A stretch of DNA of 64,000 bases from Scenedesmus sp. PABB004 (lineage: Eukaryota): NCBI GenBank assembly GCA_014905635.1, contig JABVCE010000008.1:744001-808000 (forward strand). Reading direction: 5' to 3'. A model generated the notes under the pieces. The model did no database searches and was not told the DNA's origin. It worked only from the letters and a program-made list of their open reading frames with translations. The position numbers and the translations under genes were made by a program. Position 1 is the stretch's first letter. Each line of letters opens with the position of its first letter. This document shows positions 39,920-52,546 of this stretch, piece after piece.

Positions 39920-41889
39920 GGCACGCGCGCGCAGCCCGTGGCGCGCCGCCGCACCTTGCGCATGCGCCCCAGAGCCCAGAACGTGTTGGCCAGCGCCTGC
40001 GCGCTGCCAGCGTCCAGCGTGCGGCCGCTGGCCGGCCAGAACGCGGCCCACCACGCTTCGGGCGGCCGCACGCCCAGCACGGCGCAGCCGTACGCCAGCA
40101 GCGAGCAGTCCTGCGCGCTGCACGCAGGCAGCAGCGGCAGGCTGGCCTCCAGCAGGCGCGCCAGCGACGCGCGCGGCGGGCGGTAGCCGAGCTTGGCCAG
40201 CGACCTGGGCCGGCGTGGGCGGTCAGCGTGTGCACCGCGGTCAGCGCACGCGCGTGCGCGCAGCGCAGCGCGGCCCAGCCGCCGTGGCGCCGCGCGGCGC
40301 GGCGCGCACCAGAGCAGGTTGGCCAGGCCCTGCGGGCTGAAGGCCGGCAGCTGCGCCTCGGCGGCGGCCAGGTACGCAACGATCCAGGCGGCCCGCGGCC
40401 GCGGCAGGTCGCCGGCGCCGTTCATGTGCGCCAGGCCGGAGCCCAGGTTGGCCAGGCCCTGCGCGCTGAACTGGCCGAGGCACGGCTGCGTCGCGGCGTA
40501 CAGCGCGGCCGCCCACTCGGCGCCGGGGCGGCGCTGCAGCTTGCCGAGCGCCCACGCGACGTTGGCCCAGCCCTGGGGGCCGAAGCGTGGCATCGCAGCG
40601 AGGGAGGCGTCGAAGAAGCCAGCCCACCAGCGCCGCGACGGCCGCGCGCCCGCCCAGCCGTCGGCCGCCGCCGCGGCGTGCGCGAGCATGGCGAGCTGCT
40701 GCGGCTCAAACTCTGCGCCACGCGGCGGCGGCGCGGCGCGGTCGGCGGGCGCGGGCTGGGCCGCCGCGCCGCGCGGCACGGCGCTTGCGGCCGGGACTGC
40801 CGCGCCGCCCGCGCGCGGCGGCGCCGCACCCGGCAGCAGCGTGGTGGACACGTGCAGCAGGTCTCCCCACAGGCCGTCGTCGCGCAGGCCCGGGTCCAGC
40901 GCGCCAAGCTTGGCCGACACGTGCAGCAGCGACGCCACGCCGCGCGCGTCCAGGTCCAGCAGCTGCCCCTGCAGCTGCCGCACGAGGCGCTTGTGCGCCG
41001 CCTTGACCTGGCGGCGCGCGTGGCGTCGCGAGCGGGCGCTCGGCACCGGGCGGCCTGCTGGGCGGCGCGGGCGCTGCCACACACACCACACAGCCACACA
41101 CGGCCGCACCTTGGCGCGGTACCGGGGGTCGCCCACCATCGCCTGCTCCTGCCGCGCCAGGCGCAGCAGCGCCTCCGCCGCGGCGGTGAGGTGCACCGCG
41201 TTGAGCGCGTCGCCGCCGGCGAGCAGCACCGTGAGCAGCGCCTTTGGCTCGCGCACGCGCCGGACGAGGCCCGTGAGCTGCGCGACCGCCGAGTGCTGCT
41301 GCTGCTGCAGCTCGCCCCGCCGCGCCGGCACGCCCTGCGCGGCGGCGGGCGCCTCGTGCGCGCCCGCCATCTGCGCCAGGAGCGCGGCGAGCGACGGCTT
41401 GAGCTGCGTGTCCGCCAGCTTGGCCTCGCGCCGCGCCGCCGCCGCCGCCCACGCGCGCTGGCGCTGCGCGAGCGCCTGCTCGTCGTCGTCCTCGCTGCCG
41501 TCGTCAGCGCCGGGCCGCCGGCGGCGCGGGCGCGGGCGCGGCGCGCCGTCGGCGGCGGCGCCGCCCGCGGCGCCCGCGGCCTGCTGCTCCTGCGGCTGCT
41601 CGCCGCCGCTCCTGCTCAGTGCGCGGCGGGCGCGCAGCCGCGCCGCCGGCGAGCCGTGGGCTTCGGTATCTTCCAGCGGACCGGGCTTTTGCGGGCCCTC
41701 CTGCGCCTGCGGCTGCGCGCCGCCGGCAGCGGCGACGGCGGCGCCAGCGCCCCGCCGCGGCCGGCCGACGTCTGCCCCAGCGCCATGGCAGCGCCGGGAG
41801 CAAGCTGCTGTCAGAGCGGGTGCGCCCGGCCGTGCATCCAGGCCTGGGCCGGCCCCGCCGCGCGCCGGTGGGGCGCGCGGCAGCAGCAT
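38260..41889 (-). CDS. Octotricopeptide repeat (OPR) protein, probable organellar RNA-binding factor
   Basis: About 38-aa degenerate repeats: FGPQGWANVAWALGKLQRRPGAEW, FSPQGLANLLW|SLAKLGYRPPRAS, CSAQDCSLLAYGCAVLGVRPPEAW, CSPQAVCNVVWAAGRLG, PPPPAW, LAPEELADLVWAFAALRFSPGPAW. N-terminus is transit-peptide-like. Confidence 0.85.
39095..39145. repeat. (GCGGCAGC)n octamer repeat in an OPR-gene intron
   Basis: Read directly, about 6 copies. Confidence 0.8.
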
Positions 41890-42164
41890 GACCCCGTGTG
41901 GCGCGGCGCCACGCGGTGCGGCTGCCGCGACCTCACGTGCGTGTCGGGACTGCGACCGGCCGGCGGGACTCACGCTGGCACGTCGCACGCGCGCCGCGGG
42001 GAGGCGGGAGCTCGGCGGGCGCGCGGTGCTGCCGCCTGGCGCCGCACCGAGAGGGCCTCGCGCCGCGCGGGGCCGCAGTCGAGCCGAACGCGGTCGGCAC
42101 CCACGCACCGACGAGGTCGGCAGGGCAGCCGCAGCGCGGCGGCGAGCAGCACCGCGCACTGGTG

Positions 42165-44688
42165 ATGCAGGCGCGCACCGCGCGCGCGCCGTGCGCGGCG
42201 CGGCCGGCGCCCGGCGTGGCCGGATGCGTCGCGCCGCGGCGGCGAGGGGCTGGCCGCACTGCGGCGGCGGCGTCGATCCCCGAGCTCGCGACGCTGGCGA
42301 GCTCGGTGGAGAGCCTGGTGCAGGCCGTCGCCCTGGCCGCGCCGGCGCCGCTGCAGCCGGCTGTGCAAGTAATCGGCGGGGACGTGGCCGGTGTGGTGGC
42401 GCTGAGCCCGTCAATCCCCGGCCTGGCGCGCCTCTCGGTGAGCGCCTGGCCAGCAGCAGCACCCGGCCCCTTGCGCCGCCCCGGGGCCGCCCTGCGCGCC
42501 AGCGGGGCCGCAGTGCCCGCGATCAGGGCGGTCCGGCGCCAGGGCGCGCGCAGCGGCGCCGCGCCGGCGCGGCAGCGGGGCGCGGCGGGCCGCGCCGGGC
42601 GCGGCGCTGCTGCCGGGCCGCCGCTGCCGCCGCGCGCCAACCGCCGCGCGCGCCCCGCCCGCCCGCCGCCGTCGCCGCGCCGCCGCGGCCGCCGCGCAGG
42701 GCCTCTTCTACCTGCTGGGCACCCGGCCCAACCCGCTGCTGGGGCTGCTCGATTTTTACGTCGTCGGGCCGACGGCAAAGGCGGTCAAGCGCACGCTGCG
42801 CGCGCGCGACTTTGTGCTGCGCGACAAGTGAGGCCACGCCAGGCCGCCCGCGCGGCAGCGGCGGCGCGGCGGCGGGCGAGGCTGCGGTCGCAGTCGCAGC
42901 CGCGCGCAGCGGCAGCGCGCCGCGCCGCGGCCGGCCCACGCCGCGGCCGACCGCGCCGCGCGCCGCAGGCTGGGCGGCGGCAACTTTGGCGTGACGTACG
43001 AGGCGGTGCGCGTCCAGGAGGGCGACGGCACGCTGAGCAGCCGCAAGCCGCTGACGCCGGAGCAGAAGGCGCGGCGCGTCGTGATGAAGCGGGTCAACCT
43101 CGACCGCGCTGGCGTGCGGTGCGTATTTGGACCCGCCGCGGCGGCTGGGTCGCCGTCGGCTGTTGGCTGCGCGCCCGGCCCACCCCGTAAAACCAACGCT
43201 CACCCCTCGGCGGGCCGCGCGTCTTGCAGGAACAACTTCCTGAAGGCCGGCACCATGGCCAAGGGCGCGGCGGAGAGCGGCGCGGTCGAGAGCTACATGT
43301 GCGCCAAGGTCGCGCGCAACCCGCTGACCGCGGCGTGCTGCGCGGCCTACCTCGGCGAGTTTGAGGCGGACGAGGCGGCCGGCGGCATCCAGAACGGCAC
43401 CCAGTGGCTGGTGCGCGCGGCCGCGGGACGGCGGCGCGGCGCGGGCGGCGCGGGGGCGGCCGGGCGCGCGGCGGCGGGAGCTGCCCGCGGCGGCAGCTGC
43501 GGCGGCGGCGCGTGGCGGCGGCGCCACGCGCCGCGCGCCGCGCGCCGACCGCGCGCGCTCTCGCCCGCGCCCGCGCTGCAGGTCTGGAAGTTTGAGAGCG
43601 ACAGCACGCTGGGCGACGCGCTGAGTGGCAACCTCGGGGAGTGGCCGGAGGACGTTGAGGAGATCATGCTCGGCCGCATCGACGAGCGCCAGCCGGTCGA
43701 GAAGCGCGAGGCCGCGGTGCGCACGCGCGCGGGCGGCGCCGCGCACAGCGGCGGCCGCGGCGGCAACCGGCCACGGCGGCTGCACCGGCGCGGCGCGCCG
43801 AGCCGCCCCGCGCGCCCGCCCCGCCCCGCCCGCGCGCGCAGGTGATCAAGGGCGTGCTGCGGCAGGTGATGGTCGGCGTGGCGCGCCTGCACGGCCTGGG
43901 CATCATCCACCGCGACGTCAAGCCCGAAAACCTGCTCATCACCGCCGACGGCGAGGTGCGGCCGCCCGCGGCGGCGGGGCGCGCGCGACACAAGCGCAAC
44001 GCGCGCCGCGCCCCGCGTCACGTTTCACGACGCACGACCGCCCGCGTGCCACGGCGCGCTCCCCTCAGGTGAAGATCATCGACTTTGGCGCCGCGTGCGA
44101 CCTGTGCACGGGCGTGAACTTCAACCCCCTGTACGGCATGCTCGACCCGCGCTACAGCCCGCCTGAGGAGCTGGTCATGCCGCAGAGTGAGCGGTTCGCG
44201 CCGCGGGGCGCGCTCGCCCGCCCCCGCCCGGCAGCGCCGGCGACCCGCGCCGCCGACGCGGCCGCCGACGCGCCCGCCGACGCGCCCCGCTGACGCGCCC
44301 CGCGCCGCGCCGCGCCGCAGGCTTCCCCCGCGCGCCGACGCCGCTCGTCGCCGCGCTGCTGTCGCCGTTTGCGTGGGTGTATGGCCGCCCCGACCTCTTT
44401 GACTCGTACAGCTGCGGCATCCTGCTGATGCAGATGGCGGTGCCGCAGCTGCGCTCGACCAGCAACATCCGGCAGTTCAACAGCCAGCTCCGCAGCTTCG
44501 ACCAGGACCTCGAGGCGTGGCGGAAGTTCAACGGCCGCAGCATGGACTTTACGCAGCTCGACCGCGCCGGCGGCGCGGGGTGGGACCTCGCGAAGGCGCT
44601 GCTCGCGAAGCGGGACCGCTGGAACCGGGGGCGGCTGAGCGTGCAGCAGGCGCTGCGGCACCGCTACTTCCTGCCGGAGCTCTTCTAG
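42165..44688 (+). CDS. STL1: Thylakoid Ser/Thr kinase STL1 (STN8 orthologue); 8 exons
   Basis: Transit peptide; YLLGTRPNPLLGLLDFYV; LGGGNFGVTY; GTQWL|VWKFESDSTL; HRDVKPENLL; KIIDFGAACDLCTGVNFNP; LDPRYSPPEELVMP; PDLFDSYSCG; GWDLAKALL; ALRHRYF, short C-terminus. Confidence 0.88.
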
Positions 44689-45183
44689 GCTGCGCGCGCT
44701 TCTAGGTAGGTAGCGCGCGGCGGTGCGGTGCGGTGCGCCGCCGCCGGTGCGCGAGAGAGGCGCGCCTCGCGCGCGCGAGTGCTCGTGCGTGCATGCGAGC
44801 GAGCGAGCAACATTGGTGTCCCCGCGCCTCGTTGAATGAAAGCCGCGCCGGCCGCGTGGCCGGCGCGCGAACGTAACGAGCCGCGGAACCCTTGCGCCCT
44901 GCTCCGGCGGCGTGCAACCCCCCTGGAAAGCGTGTTCTCAGGGCGCCCCCGCACAGCCGTCGCCCCCTCGAGCCGCCGCCGCCGGCGCGCCGCCAACAAC
45001 CGCCCGCCGCGAGCAGCGCCGCTGCTGCCGAGCCGGCCGACGCCCCCGCGCGCTGTGGCGCGGCCGTTGACGAGCGCGCGCGCATGGTGACACGTAGCTT
45101 GCAGGGCAGCGCCTGAGCAGCAGCCGCGGGGGCGTGGCGGGGGCCTCACCTGTCGGGGCCATCAGGGCCGGCACCCGGGCGCC

Positions 45184-47368
45184 ATGGCGCTCAACATCCG
45201 GCAGAAGCAAGCGGGTGTGCACGCCGCCGGCGCTGGCAGCTCCCTCCCGGGCCGGCGCGGCGGCCGGGCGCTCAAGCGCGGCGCGCCGGTCCGTCCGCTG
45301 CTGCCCCCGCAGACGCGCTGCTGCGCATGCTCAACCTCCACGCCCCGGCCTCGGCCGGCAAGGGCGAGGGCGAGCTGTACAAGGTCCTCGTGCTGGACCG
45401 CTTCTGCAAGGACGTGATCGCGCCGCTCCTGCGCGTCGCCGAGCTCCGCGCGCAGGGCGTCACGCTGCACCTGCTGCTGGAGCAGGAGCGGCAGCCCATC
45501 TCCGACGTCCCCGCCGTCTACTTTGTCCAGCCCACGCCGGCCAACGTCGAGCGCATCGTCGCCGACGCCGGCGCGGCGCTGTACGACGTGATGCACGTCA
45601 ACTTTGCGACGAGCGTGCCCGGGCGCCTGCTCGAGTCGCTCGCGGCGGGCGCGGTGCGCGCGGGCGCGACGGGGCGCATCGCCAAGCTCTTCGACGAGTA
45701 CAGCGCCTTCATCGCGCTCGAGCCGACGCTGTTCAGCCTCGGCCTGCCGCACGCGCACGTGGCGCTCAACGACCCCGCCGCCAAGGACTCGCACATCGAG
45801 GCGCGCTGCCAGTGCCCGGGAGGGGGGCCTGCAGCAGGGGGCGGCGGCGGCGGGCGCAGCAGGGGCGGCAGCAGCGGCGGCGGTAGCAGCGGCGCAGCGG
45901 GGATCCCCCCGCCCCTCCCCGTGCGCCTGCCCCGCCCTCCTCCCACGCTCCCCGCGCCCTGCGCCCGCCCGGCGCAGGCCGAGGTGTCAGCGATCGTGGA
46001 CGGCCTGTTCAGCGTGCTCGTCACGCTCGGCGTCGTGCCCATCATCCGCTGCCCGCGCGGCGGCGCGGCGGAGCACGTCGCGGCCGCGCTGGACAGCCGG
46101 CTGCGGGACCACCTCAAGGCGCGGTCAAACCTGTTCAGCGAGGGCGCGTCGGCGCTGTCGGCGACGCTGTCGCGGCCGCTGCTCGTCATCTTTGACCGGA
46201 CCTTTGACCTGAGCGTCATGCTGCAGCACGCGTGGAGCTACAAGCCGCTCGTGCAGGCGCGCGCGCGTGGTGCCAAGCCGCCCCGGCACGCGCGCCGGCG
46301 GAGCAGCGGCGGCGGCCCAGGAGCGGTGGCAGCTGCGGGCAGGCCCCGGCGGCGCGGCAGCGCTCACCCCGCGTGCCGTGCCGTGCCGCGCGGCGCCGCG
46401 CGCGCGCAGGACGTGCTGGGCCTGCGGCTGAACCGCGTGTCGCTCGCGCCCGACACGGCGGGCCTGCCGCCGGGCGCGGGGCTGCTGCCGGGGCACCAAA
46501 AGAAGAGCTACGACGTCGACGACAAGGACTTTTTCTGGGAGGCCGCCGGCGCGCTGCCCTTCCCAAAGGCGCGGCGCGGCGCGGGCGGCGGCGCGGGCTC
46601 GGGGTTTTAGAGTTTCGGCCCTGGCCGCCGGCGCCGCCCACGGTCTCCTTGCCGCCGCCGCCGCCGCCGCCGCTGTGCGGTTTAGGTCGCGGAGGAGGTG
46701 GAGAGCCAGCTTCAAAAGTACAAGGCCGCGGTCGATGAGATCAACGCCAAGACCGCCGGCCACGACGCCGACGGCGTGCAGCCCGACCACGAGGAGCTGC
46801 TGCGGCGCAACACGCAGAACCTCATGTCAGCGGTCTCGAGCCTGCCCGAGCTGCAGGCGCGGCCGCGGCGGCGGCGGTGGCGGCTGTGGCTGTGCACCGG
46901 GCGCCGCCAGGGGCGGGGGCGTGCTGCGCGGCCCTCCCCCGCCCGCTGCTCATCCGTACGCCGCCCCGCCCCGCCCCGCCGCTCATCCGCCCGCCCCGCT
47001 GCTCATCCGCTGCCCCAACAGGAGAAGAAGAAGGTGCTGGACAAGCACACCAACCTCGCGACGAGCCTGCTGGGGGCGATCAAGGGCCGCGGGCTGGACG
47101 GCTTCTACAACACAGAGGAGGACCTGCTCACCGGCAAGGCCGACAGCGCCGCTCTGCTCAAGCTGCTCCAGGGCGCCAAGGGCAGCGGCGCCGACAAGCT
47201 GCGCCTCGCGCTCGTGCAGCTGCTCGCCGCCGAGGCGCCGCCGAGCGACGCGGAGCTCGCGGAGCTCGCCGGCGCGCTCACGAGTGCGCGCGCGCACGCG
47301 CGAAGGAGGACGCGCGGCGCGCCGTGCGCGCGCGCCGCCGAGGCACACGCTGACGGCGGCGCGTCACC

Positions 47369-47401
<33 letters not shown>

Positions 47402-48460
47402 CACACACACGCGCGCGCGCGCTGCCGCGCAGGCGCGGGCGTGCCCGACACCACGGCGCTCACGTACGTGGCGCGGCTGCGGCGCAACCGCCTCGTCGGC
47501 AGCGCACGGCCCTCGCCAGGTGCGCGCGCCGCGCGTCCCGCCGCGCGCCGCGCCTGCGCCGCGCCTGCGCCGCCGCCGCCGAGGGCCTGCGCCGCCCCGC
47601 CCCGTGTGCACGCGCGCGCAGGCGCCGGCGCGAGCGGCGCGGCGCCGAGCCAGGGCGCGCTGCTGGACTGGGCGGACAAGGCGCTGGGGCAGGGCATCAG
47701 CAGCGTCACGCGCAGCGTCAAAAACCTGCTCAGCGGCGCGCGCACCGCGCCCGTGGCGGCGGCGCTGGAGGCGCTGATGGACGGCAAGCAGGTGCGGCGC
47801 GCCGGCGGGGGCAGGCGCGGCGGGCGGCCTGCGGCGCGGCCGCGTCGCGCGCGCGCCAGGGGCGGCCCTGCCCACGCGCGCGCCGCCGCCGCGTGCGGCC
47901 GGCCCGCCGCTCCCCCTTGCAGGGCAGCCCCGAGTTTGACGGCTTTGCGGTGCTGGACCCCAAGCTGCCGCCCGGCCGCGCGGGCCTGGACCGCGCCAAG
48001 GGGCCGTTCAGGCGCGGCGGCGGCGCCGCCCCGGCCGCGGCCCGCGCCGCGCGGGTGCCTGCTGCGCCCGCGCGCAGCACGCCCCCGACCCGCCCGCCCC
48101 CTGCTTGTCTCTCGGCGCCGCAGGGAGGCGCTTGTGTTCATGATCGGCGGCGGCAACTACCTGGAGCGGGAGAACCTGGCCGCCTGGGCGAGCCGCAGCC
48201 AGCCGCCGCGCCAGGTGCGTCGTCGCGTAGCGCAACCTCGCGCCGCGGCGCGCCCCCGCGTCCCTGGCTCGCTGGCTCGCCTCGCCGCGCTGCCGCGCCC
48301 GAGCCCGCCGCCTCCTCCCGCGGCGCCGCAGGTGCTGTACGGCGCGACGGACCTGCTGAGCGGCGAGGAGTTCCTGCGCCAGCTCGAGGAGCTCGGCCGC
48401 CGCAGCGGCATCGCGCCGCCCGCCGCGCCGGCGCCGGCGCCGCCGCCGCCCGCGCCGTGA
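45184..48460 (+). CDS. SLY1: Sec1/Munc18 family protein SLY1 (ER-Golgi trafficking); about 11 exons
   Basis: MALNIRQKQ, YKVLVLDRFCKDVIAPLLRVAELRAQGVTLH, DVPAVYFVQPT, VPIIRCPRGGAAE, RPLLVIFDRTFDL...HAWSYKPLV, DKHTNLAT, VFMIGGGNYLE, LYGATDLL. Confidence 0.93.
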
Positions 48461-48695
48461 GAGGGCCCTGGGCGGTGACGATGCGACGCGGCCGCCGCCG
48501 CTGAGGCCGCAGGCCGCCCGGGGCCGCGCCGCGCGGCTCAGCGCGCGCAGCCCGCCGCCGCCGCCGCCGGCCCGCCGCGCCGGGCGCGGGTTGGGGTGAG
48601 CGCTTCGCCGCGGCCGTTGCCGTGGACGCCAGACCCGCGGCGCGCGTCTGCCCCCCCCCCCCCCCGCCCAGCAGCAGCCTGGCCGGCCTTGGGGG

Positions 48696-48729
<34 letters not shown>

Positions 48730-49756
48730 GGCGCAGCCGCGGGTGGGGGTTGGGGGTTGGAGGGGTTCATGCGCAGGGCAGGAGCGCGAGCAGGCCGGGA
48801 TCAGCCCACAAAACCTCGCGCGCGCCGAGTCATGCTGGATTGCAACTCCAGCACCTCAGCGGCGAGTGTGGGCGGCACGAGACCCTGCACGAGTTGCTGC
48901 CCGGCGGCCGCGGCACGGCCGGCGGCGCGCGCCTCGCCGGCGCGTTCCGGCAGGCGGCCGCCGCCGCGGTGGGACCCCCGGCGTGAGCGGCGTGTGCGGT
49001 GCGCTGCGCTCTCCGTCCTGGGCAGGACGTTAAAAGGCCTCTTGCTGTTGTGTGTTGCCAGGTTAGGTCGGGCGCGGCGCGCGCGTGTTGTGTTTCTCGC
49101 CTTGTCACCCGTTTCGGGTGCGGGGGGACCCTCGCGGGGCACCGACCTACGGGCCGGTCCCAAACCGTTATGCCTCACGCCGCTGTGGCCTGTTTCAGGC
49201 GGCCGGCGTTGATAGGCTGCCCATGGTCGGTGTTGGGGGCGGCGCCGGCGCGCGCGCGGCGGTGGCAGCGCCGCGCGCCTGTGGCGTCGGGGCGCCCCCC
49301 GGGGCCCCCGGCAGCCCGCCCCATCCCCCCAGCCGCCGGTGTTGACCCCACCGGCCGGCGCCCCCACAGCGAAGGCCAGGGAGCACGCCTATAGGGCGCG
49401 AGATATAGGGGGCGATACCAGCCAAGGTGCTATACCCTCCGCACATCCCGCACCTCGCAGTTGAACACACCCGCACGCACCAGCGCCCAGCACGCACAGC
49501 CCCGCCGCAGCGCCAGCCGTCGGCGCGCTCCGGTCTCGGCCATCGCCTCGCGCTCTTGGACCCGCCAGGCCCCCGCGACGCCCGCCGCGGCCCGTCGCTG
49601 CGCCCTCCAGGCGCCGGCGCCTTTGCGGGCCTCCACAGCCGGATAGGGCGCCCTGATCGCGCGCCCAGGCGGCCCAGCAGCAGCGGCGCGGTCGCCGCCG
49701 CCGCCGGCCAAGCCCTGCTGCGGCGGGCCAGCCCGCCGGCGCCCGCCCGCCCCGCC

Positions 49757-50930
49757 ATGAGCGCGGCGGCCGTCATGGCCGACGCCGCCATGCTCGGCGT
49801 GGCGCAGCAGCGGCGCAGCGCCGCGCCGCCGGCGCCGGCGCCGTCGGCGCTCGCCAAGCCGCGCATGCGGGGTGTGCTGCACCAGTACGCCTGCGCCGCG
49901 GTGCTCAGCGCGGGGCTCATCCTCATCGCGGAGGCCCCCGGGCCCAAGGCCACGCTCGCGGCGAGCGTGTACGTGCTCGCCGCGAGCTTCCAGTTTGGCG
50001 TGAGCGCCGTGTACCACACCGGCAACTGGCCGCCCAACGTGCACAAGCTGCTCATGCGGTGCGCGCGCCGCCGCCCTGCTTGCTGACGCCGCCCGCGCGC
50101 CGCCGCAGCCTCTCGCCGCGCGCGCGCCCCGCTCGCTGCCGCCGCCGCTGCCAACCGACGCGCCCCCAACCCCCGCTCCAACCCCCGCGCGTGTGCCGTG
50201 CAGGCTGGACCACAGCGCCATCTACAGCCTCATCGCCGCGACCTACACGCCCATGATCCTGCTGCCCCTCTCCCACACGCCCGTCGGCGGCCGCCTGCTG
50301 CTGCGCATCTGGCTCGGCGCGCTCTGCGGCGTCGGCAAGGTGCGCGCCGCCGCCGCGCCCCGCGCCGCCGCGCCCCGCGCCGCCGCGCCCCGCGCCGCCG
50401 CGCCCCGCGCCGCGCCTGGCCCCCTGCCCCCTGCCCCCGGCGTCGCGCCGCGTCCACGCGCGCGCTCACGCGCCCGCGCCGCGGCCGCAGACGTGGCTGT
50501 GGCCCGACGCGCCCAAGCCACTGAGTGCGCTCGTGTACGTCGTGCTCGGCTGGTCGGCCGTGCCCTACCTCCACCTGCTCGTCGAAGCGGTCGGCCTGCC
50601 CGTGGTGCTGCTGGTGCGCCGCGCGCCGCGCCGCCGCTGTCGCTGTTGCTGCCTCGCACGCGCGCGCGCGCCCTCGCCCCCGCCACACCCGCGCGCACAC
50701 ACTCACGCACGCACGCACACGAACACGCCGCCCGTCCTGCTGCCACGCAGGTCGCCCTCGGCGGCGTGCTCTACTCGCTCGGCGCGGTCGTGTACGCGAT
50801 GCGCTGGCCCGACCCCTTCCCCCGCGTTTTTGGCTTCCACGAGGTCTTCCACACCCTCGTCGTGCTCGCGAGCATCTGCCACTTTGCCTCCATGTGGACC
50901 GTGCTCGTCAAGATGCGCTTCGCGCACTGA
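49757..50930 (+). CDS. Hemolysin-III / PAQR-family multi-pass membrane protein; 4 exons
   Basis: KPRMRGVLH, VSAVYH (SxxxH), R|RLDHSAIYSLIAATYTP, YVVLGW, GGVLYSLGAVVYA, PDPFPRVFGFHEVFH (HxxxH). Confidence 0.9.
50343..50415. repeat. 15-bp tandem repeat (CGCGCCGCCGCGCCC), about 4 copies, in an intron
   Basis: Read directly. Confidence 0.75.
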
Positions 50931-51899
50931 CGCACACATGGCATGGGCAGCGCTCGTCGTCGAGACGCGCTCCGCGCACTGACGGTCTGGCTCCCTCCCT
51001 CGCCGCCGGCGGCGGCGCGTTCATTGACAGCGGCGGCGATTCATGAGACTGCGTGAGTGCGACTGCGATACCGGCCCCGCCGCGCCGCGCCAAGCCGTGC
51101 GCGTGTGCGGCGGCGGCTCGCACTGTTACTTGGCCGAGGCAGGGCGCCCGCGCTGCGGCTGCCCCGCTCCATTTGACGGGGGGCGGCGCCCCCGTCGCCC
51201 CGCGGCCGGGCGCGCGCGCGCGCGCGTTGCGCGCCGCGCCCGGCGCGCTGGGCGGGCTCGGTTTGTCGGCGTCGCCCCGCCTCGCGCGGCTGTGTGTGAG
51301 CGGCCCCGCGCCGGCGGCGCCGCGCGGGCGCGGCCCCGGCGGAATTGAGCTGGGCCGGCGCCCGCGCCGCGCCGGCGCGGGCCTGGCAGGCCGGGCCAAC
51401 GTGCGCCCGGCGCTGCGTGCGGTGCATTGCATGGGGGCCGGCGAGCTGTGCATGCGTGCGTGCGTGCGTGCGTGCGGCGGAGCGCTCGGGGAGGGAGCGG
51501 CGACGGGCGGCGGCGTACAGCCCAGCGGGGCACGGTCGCCCGTCGCGGTGTGTGTGCATAGCGAGGCCCGGCGCGGTGTACCTCTAGGGTCGGCGAAATA
51601 AGCAGACGGTGGTTGGTTTTTTGGAGCACTGGTGGTGTCGGCCGCGGTCCCAGCCGCGGCGCGTTGCAGCAGGTCGTCGTGGTGGTTGCGTGGTGGTCGG
51701 CGCGCGCGGGGGGCGGCACACGCTTGCAACGCCGCAGCGCCCCTCTCCACCCCCTGGCCCGCCCGCCCCCCGCCCGGCGCCCCGCCGCCCGCCCCGGCCC
51801 TATCGTACATGCGCGCGCGGCGGCGGTCAACACGCAACGCTCCCTGGTCAACGTACAGCAGCAGCAGCAGCAGGCCGCAACACACGCGGACGCGCGCGC

Positions 51900-52514
51900 T
51901 CACGCCGCGGCGGCGCAGGGCCCGTCGCGCAGCGCGCCGCCGAGCGCGTCGGGGCGCAGACCGGCGTTGCAGAGGTTGGCGAAGAGCCGCGTGTGCTTCA
52001 TGCCGTACTGGCCCAGCGGGCCGCAGCGCCCCTCCCACGCCTGCACCATGCCGCGCAGGCAGTCCCAGCTGTCCACGAGCGGCGCGCCGTCGCGGCCGGG
52101 CAGAGGCCCCAGCAGCGCCTCGACGTAGCGCGCCGCGACGTCGCCAAGGCTGTTGGCGCCCGCGGGCGCGGCGCCGCCGTCGCGCGGCGCGGCCGCGGCC
52201 GCGCCGCCGAACGCGTCGCGCAGCGCCGCCGGGTGCGCGTCGGGCAGCACCGCAGCGGGGGCCCAGCCCAGGTTGGCGAGCAGGACGTGCCCCACGTCGG
52301 CGTGCCGCACCAGGCCCGCGACCGCGGCGCGCGCGGCCGCCTCGACGCGGCGCCGCGCCGCCGTCTCGCGCGTGAGCGCCGCGGCCGCCGCCGCGCGGCG
52401 CCGCGGGCAGGCCGCGTGCGCGGCCGCGCCCGCGAGCGGCAGCAGGTCGGCGTCGCGCTGTGCCGCGCGCGCCGCGTGGCGCCGCGCCGCGCGGTGCCGC
52501 GCCTCTGCGCCCGT

Positions 52515-52546
<32 letters not shown>

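Noticed and set aside
42165..44688. STT7/STN7 identity for the thylakoid kinase
   Set aside because: No lumenal Cys pair before the TM segment and no long C-terminal tail; the motifs fit STL1/STN8 better.
48461..49756. Hidden gene or mobile element in the longer, slightly AT-richer intergenic stretches (also 28812-30052, 33411-34642, 50931-51899)
   Set aside because: No coding-like exons, terminal repeats, target-site duplications or RNA gene motifs were recognised; consistent with UTRs and promoters.
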